From NCBI GenBank assembly GCA_001642005.1, contig LWCA01000149.1, positions 1-47,136 of the forward strand: a DNA stretch of 47,136 nt, given 5' to 3'. The stretch comes from Intoshia linei (Eukaryota > Animalia > Orthonectida). The notes beneath the pieces are model-generated. The model made no database searches and had not been told where the DNA came from. It was given only the letters and a program-made list of their open reading frames with translations. Of the stretch, positions 40,265 through 47,136 are shown in pieces. The translations under genes and the position numbers were made by a program. How positions within the stretch are numbered: position 1 is the first letter of the stretch; the number at the start of each line of letters is the position of its first letter.

Positions 40265-40515
40265 CACATTAATTTTTACTTTAAAGTGAATTATTCCATC
40301 TTAATTTTTTTTGTTAACATTTGCGTAAAAAATTTAAAAACAATTATCTCATTTTTTTAATTTATTAGACAGAATGTGTGTATAATATTAAAAATAATGT
40401 AAAAACAGTCCAATCCTAAAAATTGTCATAAATAGCATAAATTCCAAAAAAATAAAATTAGTAGAATCCTAAAAATTTTCATAAATAGTTTAAATTGCAG
40501 AAAAAATAAAACTAA
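40265..40515. repeat. Dispersed repeat containing a ~54-bp tandem duplication
   Basis: AATCCTAAAAATT(G/T)TCATAAATAG...AAAATAAAA occurs twice at ~40412-40512. A single-unit copy with matching upstream flank lies at ~35025-35205. Confidence 0.55.
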
Positions 40516-41399
40516 AAATAAACTTGTATAGCGTTGCTTCTGTTTTATGTTTAATTACGTTGAGATAATTATCCTTATCTCACTAAAACCTGTATTTTAT
40601 TTAAAAACATATTTCGGGTAAATTTTACCAATATATGAAATAGATACAAAAATGATAATAACGAAGTTGTTACACTTCAAGGTATTCTTAACTTTTTGAA
40701 AATGAAAAATTGGGTAGCAATGGTAAAAAATCCAAAGTAATACATTTATGAGATTTATACTCATACATCTGTATTGGAAATGTGTAGACGGTCAATACAA
40801 TTTTTTTTAATTGTAAGATAAATATTTACATTTTAATTTTAAAATTACCGGACATTTTGTCCATGCCACAATCAATGCGTACAGTTTATTAATTTAAGAT
40901 TAATTATTTTCTAACTCATAATCTTAGCGTTATCTTAACAACATTTAACATGAATAATTATTATTTTTAGAATATATGCCTTGTGAGAAGTATGAGCGGA
41001 ATTCAAGAAATTCAAATTCAAAAAATGATTAATGAAAACATGCAATAATAATATCATGATTGTAATATAAAAATGATATTAACAAAGTTATTTTAGTTTC
41101 GTTGTTGTAGTTTCTTATTTAAATTTGAATGCCTTAATAAAAATGTTTTGAAAATGAAAATTTAAAAATTGCGTAGTAATGAAAAAATTGCGAAGGAATG
41201 AATTATATAGATTTTCACTAATGTTTTATTAAAAATGTGTAGACGTACAATCCACATGTTTTTTTAAATTGTAGGATCAATATTTACATTTTCAATTTTT
41301 GATTTTAATCGAAATATTTGAAAAATATTGGTTGATAATATATTAAAAATTATTTTTTACCGGAAATGCGTAGATTACTGGGGTTGAAATTTTGTATTT

Positions 41400-41896
41400 A
41401 TATTAATTGGAATAAGCTCTATCAGAATAATCCTTTTTTTTAATTTTCGGATTCTTAATTATTTCATATTTATTGTTTTAATAAAATGTTTTGGAAAAAA
41501 AATATATGAATACTAAAATGCTTTTTTGACCGTAAAGTCGTCACTTATCAGATTTAAATTTTTTGTTATTAACATGATACAACTGTACCTAACTGTAAAT
41601 TTTTTGAAATTCTAGAGCTGTTTTAAAAAAAAAGTAAGGAGAATTTGGCCTTAAAGATATAATTTTTTTAAATTGTCCAACTCGTTTAATTTTCAAAAGG
41701 AGGGACAACGGGTTTTTGACCCTTAAGATGTGAAATTGGGAGGTTGAAATTTATCCTATTATACGTCCCGGAAAAAACTGTAATTGAAATGTGGTCTTTA
41801 TAAAATTCTAAGAGTGCTAGTTATTTCATTAAAGTAAAACACACACGCACACAGACATACAAACAAAAATCGCGTAGCATATTATATAAGTTAGGA
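41400..41896 (-). mobile_element. Helitron-like repeat with an intact 5' end
   Basis: 41797-41896 closely matches 1-94 and the minus strand begins A|TCCTAACTTATATAA. The left boundary is approximate. Confidence 0.5.
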
Positions 41897-41958
41897 TAGT
41901 ATACAATCTATACTATGCAGATAATCAAAATAAAAAATATTTCACCATAACATGTATT

Positions 41959-43176
41959 TTACATAAAAATATCATATTTATTTAAATCAAAAACAGATTC
42001 TGTTAAATCAATATGACGTTGACTGGCAAAAAAATCGACCACCTTGATATCTTTGAATGAAATTTTTGAACTAGAGGCCATTACAGGTGTAGATATGCAC
42101 AATTCGGTAGGGCAAACTCTACTCTAAAATCGGAATGTAAAAAAATTTTGTAGTGAAATACCAAATCTTCCAAAGAATCTTCCGGTGTTAAATTTTCCAA
42201 AAATATGTTCATATGATAAGAAAATCTATCAATATTGTAAACTCCAATATCATAGTCAACACTGTACTAAATTAGATAAAAAATAAGGTTTTTATACCAA
42301 GAAATATTACAGAAAACGAATCCTCAATTCTACGACTACTAGCAATTGAAACGACATTTGGAGAGTAAATTTTGGTAAACATGCTTTCTGCATGACAAGT
42401 ATCGATAATGAATAAAATACTATTGTATCTAAAAGGCATGAAATTGAATTTTTGCAAATAACCTTTTCAACTGGTACATATGATTAACAGTGTCAGCAAA
42501 TTCTTGACTAGATAAATCAGCATTATCTCGAAACTTAAGAAAATCTTCCCCACCGTGGCCTACAAAAAAAAAATTAGCCAATATAAAACTGTTTTTTAAA
42601 AAAACCTGTCATATAAATGAGAATATTACTATTTTTATCTGACAATAGCCGTTTTGATCGAGGTAAACTCAAATCTTGACGGTCTGTCAATAATCTGATA
42701 AAATTATCAACCGAAACCTAAAACAAAATAAGCGGTATTTAAATATTAATAACTTCAGATCCGCGATAATCAACTTCAATTTCATCAACATACAAATTGT
42801 TGTAATGTTCTGAATCAGAAAAAACAGTACCTACATTTTAATTACCTTTTAAATTGGTATTACTAAAGAATATACCTGGGTATTTATTACGTGAATTGCA
42901 TGCAATATCTTCTGCTAAAAACAAAATGATATTGCTACATTTAAGAAATGTTAATATTACATTTAATATTACCTATCTGGTATACCCAATCGTTTTATAT
43001 TTGAATATATTGATAACACATTTGCACTGTGGCGATAATTGTACCAAAATGCAGAACTGTCCACAATTACGGCCCAATTATTGGTTGATTTTGATTTCTA
43101 AATGATTATTAAATTTTATAAGATTAATTTAAACAATTAAATACAAGAAAAAATAAATTATAAAAGTATGAATCAT
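41959..43176 (-). CDS. PIGK: GPI-anchor transamidase catalytic subunit (GPI8, peptidase C13)
   Basis: NNWAVIVDSSAFWYNYRHSANVL..KRLGIPD, EDIACNSRN, EVDYRG, catalytic His in YMTGHGGEDFLKFRD, catalytic Cys in IIDTCHAESM, and DIGVYNIDRF. First-exon splicing is uncertain. Confidence 0.92.
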
Positions 43177-43744
43177 AAAATTAATGTTAATTTATTTGAT
43201 TTAAATTAAACTTATTTTTTCTAAAAATGAGTAACCATAAAAAATTATAAATAATACAAATTATGTAGTGATAAGTTTTCATTGACTCAATTGTAAAAAT
43301 ATTAAAAATTTCGTAGTACAATATTGGTAGATATAATGTTTATACAGTCGATTTTCTCTATTTTAAAGCAATTTTGAAGCAAAATTATTATGTTTAAAAC
43401 AAAGTGAATTTTAATATTATGTATTTCAAATTAAAGAGAATCTACTGCACATTGTTTCAGTTTCAATGGGGCAATTTGAATTTCAAAATTGACAAGATGT
43501 GCAAGATTCATTTTGTTTATAATAAAAAGTGAAATAAAAAAAGTAAATAAGGTGACAAATTGTAACAATTGATAACAAAACAGATTTTTTATCCAAGGAA
43601 ATAAATATAAACCGAAACAGATGACTATTCTAATATTTAATTTCCATATAGATTTAAATTAAAATAAATAAAATTGTTACTAACTACGAACAAAGCAATA
43701 ATTTATTATCGATCGATAAAAAACCAAAAGAATATTTCTTCGAT

Positions 43745-46215
43745 ATGGACAAAGTTAAAGAGTTTAACAACGAGGTAAGTGAGTTACTTATTGTCAACTA
43801 CATTTTCATTAGCTAAGAAGTCTTCATAGTGCGAAAACTCCAATTTCAAAAGCCTCTATGACAAAAATAACAAAACTCTGTTTCAGGGCCATAAAGCTTT
43901 ATAAACATGCTGTTCAATGCGTTGAAAAGTTTATTGAAAAAGTCTAAAAATTTGATACATTGTATATTTAATAATTTTAGGCTCGTACAGATATGAAATT
44001 GACCGGCTTATACCTTATTGATTCGATAGTTCGTCAATCCATACACCAATATGGAAAAGATAAGGATGTTTTTGGACCGAGATTTTCTAAAAATATATTC
44101 AAAACATTCAACCATATTTTAAATTGTCCTGTAGAAACTAGAGTATGATTTCAGTATTTTTATTATTAATTGTAATTAGTCAAAAATTGAAAGAGTCCTT
44201 ACACTCTGGATTAAAAATGATGTCCTTGAAGAAAAAATTTCAAAACAACTATTGGATAATTTCAATAATCTACAATTAAATAATACAAGTATTTACTTTT
44301 ATTGTAACTTATTAACATTTTTAGCTGTAAAAACTGAGGCATTGCAAGAATCAAATAAGCTATTGTCTAGCGTGCAGCAAATTTTGAACGAACCCATTAA
44401 AGTATAATATTTTTTTAAATAATTTATATAATTTAGGATTCCAAACAAAATTTGGAGGAACTCAAGTGTTTGCAGCACAAACTTATTCAACAGGAAGAAT
44501 TCAATAAATCAAAAATTGATTATACCGGTTCTTTAAATGAAGAAATTGCATGTAAAATGGGAATTTTGGCTAACACTATTTTTAAAAAATCATATGACGA
44601 CGCATTTAGAAAGCAACCAGATATGTCTAAAAACATATCCACTCCACCTGATATCCACCCAGAAGTTAAAAATCCCCTTTATTTTGATTATGGTGAAGAT
44701 TCAGATAATGAACCTTATGAATCTCAATTTCCAGAGATTAAATCAATTTTAATCAATTCAGAAATCAAAGACAACAGTTACGTAGGTTTGGATAATGACG
44801 TTGTTAATCAAAATCCAGGAACAATTTACTCTGAGCGTAAACAAAATATGCCTGCTACTGAAAAACCAAAACCAAGGAATGAAATTAAGGATATTGTGGA
44901 AAGTGAATTATGGCCAGAATCCAGGGATGGGCGTGTAAGGTTGTGCAGTATAACTCTCTGTTTATCGGGAATAGAAGATAGTACTGAAGACGATGAAATT
45001 AAAAAACTTTTGCATCCTATTGTACAAAAACATGTTTCAGTGAACGTTATTCCTTTAAGGAAATTAGCCTATCTGATATTTAGCTCTCGGAAAGCGGCTT
45101 ATGTGGCTTTGCATAATAGAATGCAAAGTTCAATGGAATATACACTGACTTGGTCAAAACCTAAAGGGTTGAAACGTTCAAATTATGCTAATTTGTGGAG
45201 ACAAGATCTGGGGTTTGCTTATATTGATCCAGCAATTCTTCCACTTCATCCATTTATGGTAGAAGGTTCCAAAATATGCGAAAATGTGATGGCATCTGGA
45301 GGTGAACCTGATTTAGTTATGGAACAAAACGATTCTAATGACACTAAGAACGTTAATATTGGTGGTAGTACGGTCCAGCCAACGCCTGTCCCATCTATGA
45401 ATTCTATGCCCCCATTGAATTTCTCAACACCAGTGATCCCAAACATGGGATTCAGTACTGCCCCACCGATGCTACCAATCATAAACCGACCCAATGGTGG
45501 CCAGATTCGATTAAACGAACAACCTCCTATCTTACCGCTAAAATTGAGTAGAATAGCCCCCACTGGAAATTGCCCTGTAAACATACCTCCGTCGGGACTA
45601 ACTCAAGAACGTCCTTTTATGGCTCAAGGTTCATATTTTACCAACACACGAAATCGACCCCCACCAGACATGAATGGATCTTCAATATTTCCTCGAAATT
45701 TTGATATGCTTTGTCCTATAAAAATGAACGATTACAATATTCCTGAAACGTTTAACAGGAACAATTCTTTTAATGCACCTCCAATGTATAGGAACAAAGA
45801 ATCATCGCATACTACACCTCCTGAAATGTATTCTACAAACTCTGGCTCACCTAACATTAGTCGCATTTCTCCAGGTGGACATTCCAGGTCCCCCGGGATG
45901 CATAGTATTAATACAAGGTACGGAAATACTACTAACTTTGATACGGATAGACGCGAAAAAAGATTCCACCCAAACCACAATTTTAACAACATACCGAACG
46001 AAAGACCTCATTACAATCCTGATTTTTATCCACAACAAAATAACAAATATGGTCGTCGGAATAATGATCAAAATGACAGACACAGCTTTACCCCGAGAAA
46101 TCAATTTAGATTTAGAAATGAACGAACTCCAAGATATCCTGGTAACTCTCCAACCCAAGTACCATTTAGACCGCGCTTCAACAGTAGGTATCGAAATCAA
46201 AGGCCACGATATTAA
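43745..46215 (+). CDS. SCAF8: SCAF4/SCAF8-like RNA Pol II CTD-interacting protein (CID + RRM)
   Basis: CID: PISKASMTKITK..AIKLYKHAVQCVEKFI, GLYLIDSIVRQS.HQYG..KDVFGPRFSKN, RVLTLWIKN. RRM LCSITL... followed by W..PKG..LWRQDLGFAYI, then a Pro-rich and R/N/P/F-rich tail. SCAF4 and SCAF8 cannot be told apart here. Confidence 0.88.
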
Positions 46216-46630
46216 TTTACTTTACCTCAATTATACATTAAAATCACTTGTTTATATGTAATATGTATTTCCTAATGATTTAATTACATTTTTAAAATGA
46301 TCTTTATAAATATTTTATTGGATGATTTCATTGTCGATATATTCATAATAATTTATTTTGGGTTTTCTAGTGTTATGGAACTTTAATATTCGTTTATTCA
46401 ATGTCTAAATAAGTTTTTAACCTTTTTTAAATTTTTTTTATCAAAACTCAACTTAGATTGGAAGGTCGTTTCATATAATATTTTTATGCATTTCAACGTA
46501 ACGATTAATTCCACTTTATGAAAAATATTTTATCGGGCCCATCTTTCCGCTAAATACATATATTTGACATAAGGTCATGGTAAATTTTAATTTGACTTGA
46601 TAAATTGTTAATAGTATTCAAAATCTGATA

Positions 46631-47136
46631 CACTGCCGGAAAATATTATAAAGCACTTTGTTATTTAACTTTTTAAGTTGTAAAATTAATAAAATATAGC
46701 AATTCCTTTTAGAAATACTATTCATATAATGTTTATCTTGACTTTCAGAAAAAAACAATTGTTTTTGGTAAATAAATGATTTTCATTTTTACTATTATCG
46801 ATCAACCGGACAAAACTGCTTTAAGCCTAAACTATATTAACTCTTAAACGTGACTAAATATTTATATTTATTTGTAGAACTAATGCCAAGAAATAAGCTA
46901 TTAACGGAATATGAAAAAGGTCGTATTGTGTTATATATTGAACAAGGTTTGAATCAAACAGAAATATCTTGTTTGATTTGCCGAAATCGGGCTTGCATTC
47001 AAAATTTTATAAAAAATCGAATAAGTGATGTGTCTCTATCAAATTATAAAAAACCTGGACTCTCTAAAAAATTGAATGAGACAGGAGGCGATTAATTAGA
47101 GCGGCTTCGAATTCCCAAGCATCAGCCAGTAATTTA
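46631..47136 (+). mobile_element. Tc1/mariner (Tc3-like) transposon 5' part with frameshifted transposase
   Basis: Candidate TIR start TA|CACTGCCGGAAAA. From ATG 46883, MPRNKLLTEYEKGRI...ISCLICRNRACIQNFIK resembles the Tc3 HTH. After a frameshift near 47080 it continues DRRRLIRAASNS, compared with Tc3 DERNVIRAASNS. Confidence 0.8.

Noticed and set aside
40412-40512. Direct repeats resembling a CRISPR array
   Set aside because: Only two adjacent units with no spacers, in eukaryotic context, and part of a dispersed repeat.
45246-46261. Overlapping ORFs 45246-45584, 45732-45992, 45773-46261 and 45847-46200
   Set aside because: Shadow frames of the GC-richer, Pro/Arg-rich SCAF tail with no recognisable motifs.

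Overview
This is eukaryotic (animal) genomic DNA, extremely AT-rich, with many very short GT-AG introns (mostly 32-60 nt), so the ORF track shows exon fragments rather than whole genes. Splicing by hand gives eight multi-exon genes: a giant (~1950 aa) low-complexity orphan with 12 consecutive phase-1 introns (+, 222-10570, start probably outside the window), mitochondrial ribosomal protein L2 (-), a FOXRED2/ERFAD-like flavoprotein (-), a protein with a Shank-type PDZ domain (-), proteasome alpha subunit PSMA7 (+), mRNA export factor NXF1 (-), a TENT5/FAM46 nucleotidyltransferase (+) and GPI transamidase PIGK/GPI8 (-), plus a ninth, SCAF4/8 (+). There is also a small single-pass membrane ORF and a probable decayed class A GPCR fragment. 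Long introns and intergenic gaps are filled with DNA transposon debris: hAT/Buster MITEs with 8-bp TSDs, a Helitron-like family, small TIR elements and a frameshifted Tc3-like transposase. Composition, intron size and gene set suggest a reduced parasitic invertebrate such as an orthonectid (inference only). I see no prokaryote-style novel system. The best leads are a single long NXF1 intron at the position of the conserved retained (CTE) intron, a FOXRED2 with no signal peptide or ER-retrieval motif, a Shank PDZ without the other Shank domains, and the all-phase-1 modular orphan. All family calls come from motif recognition, not database searches.
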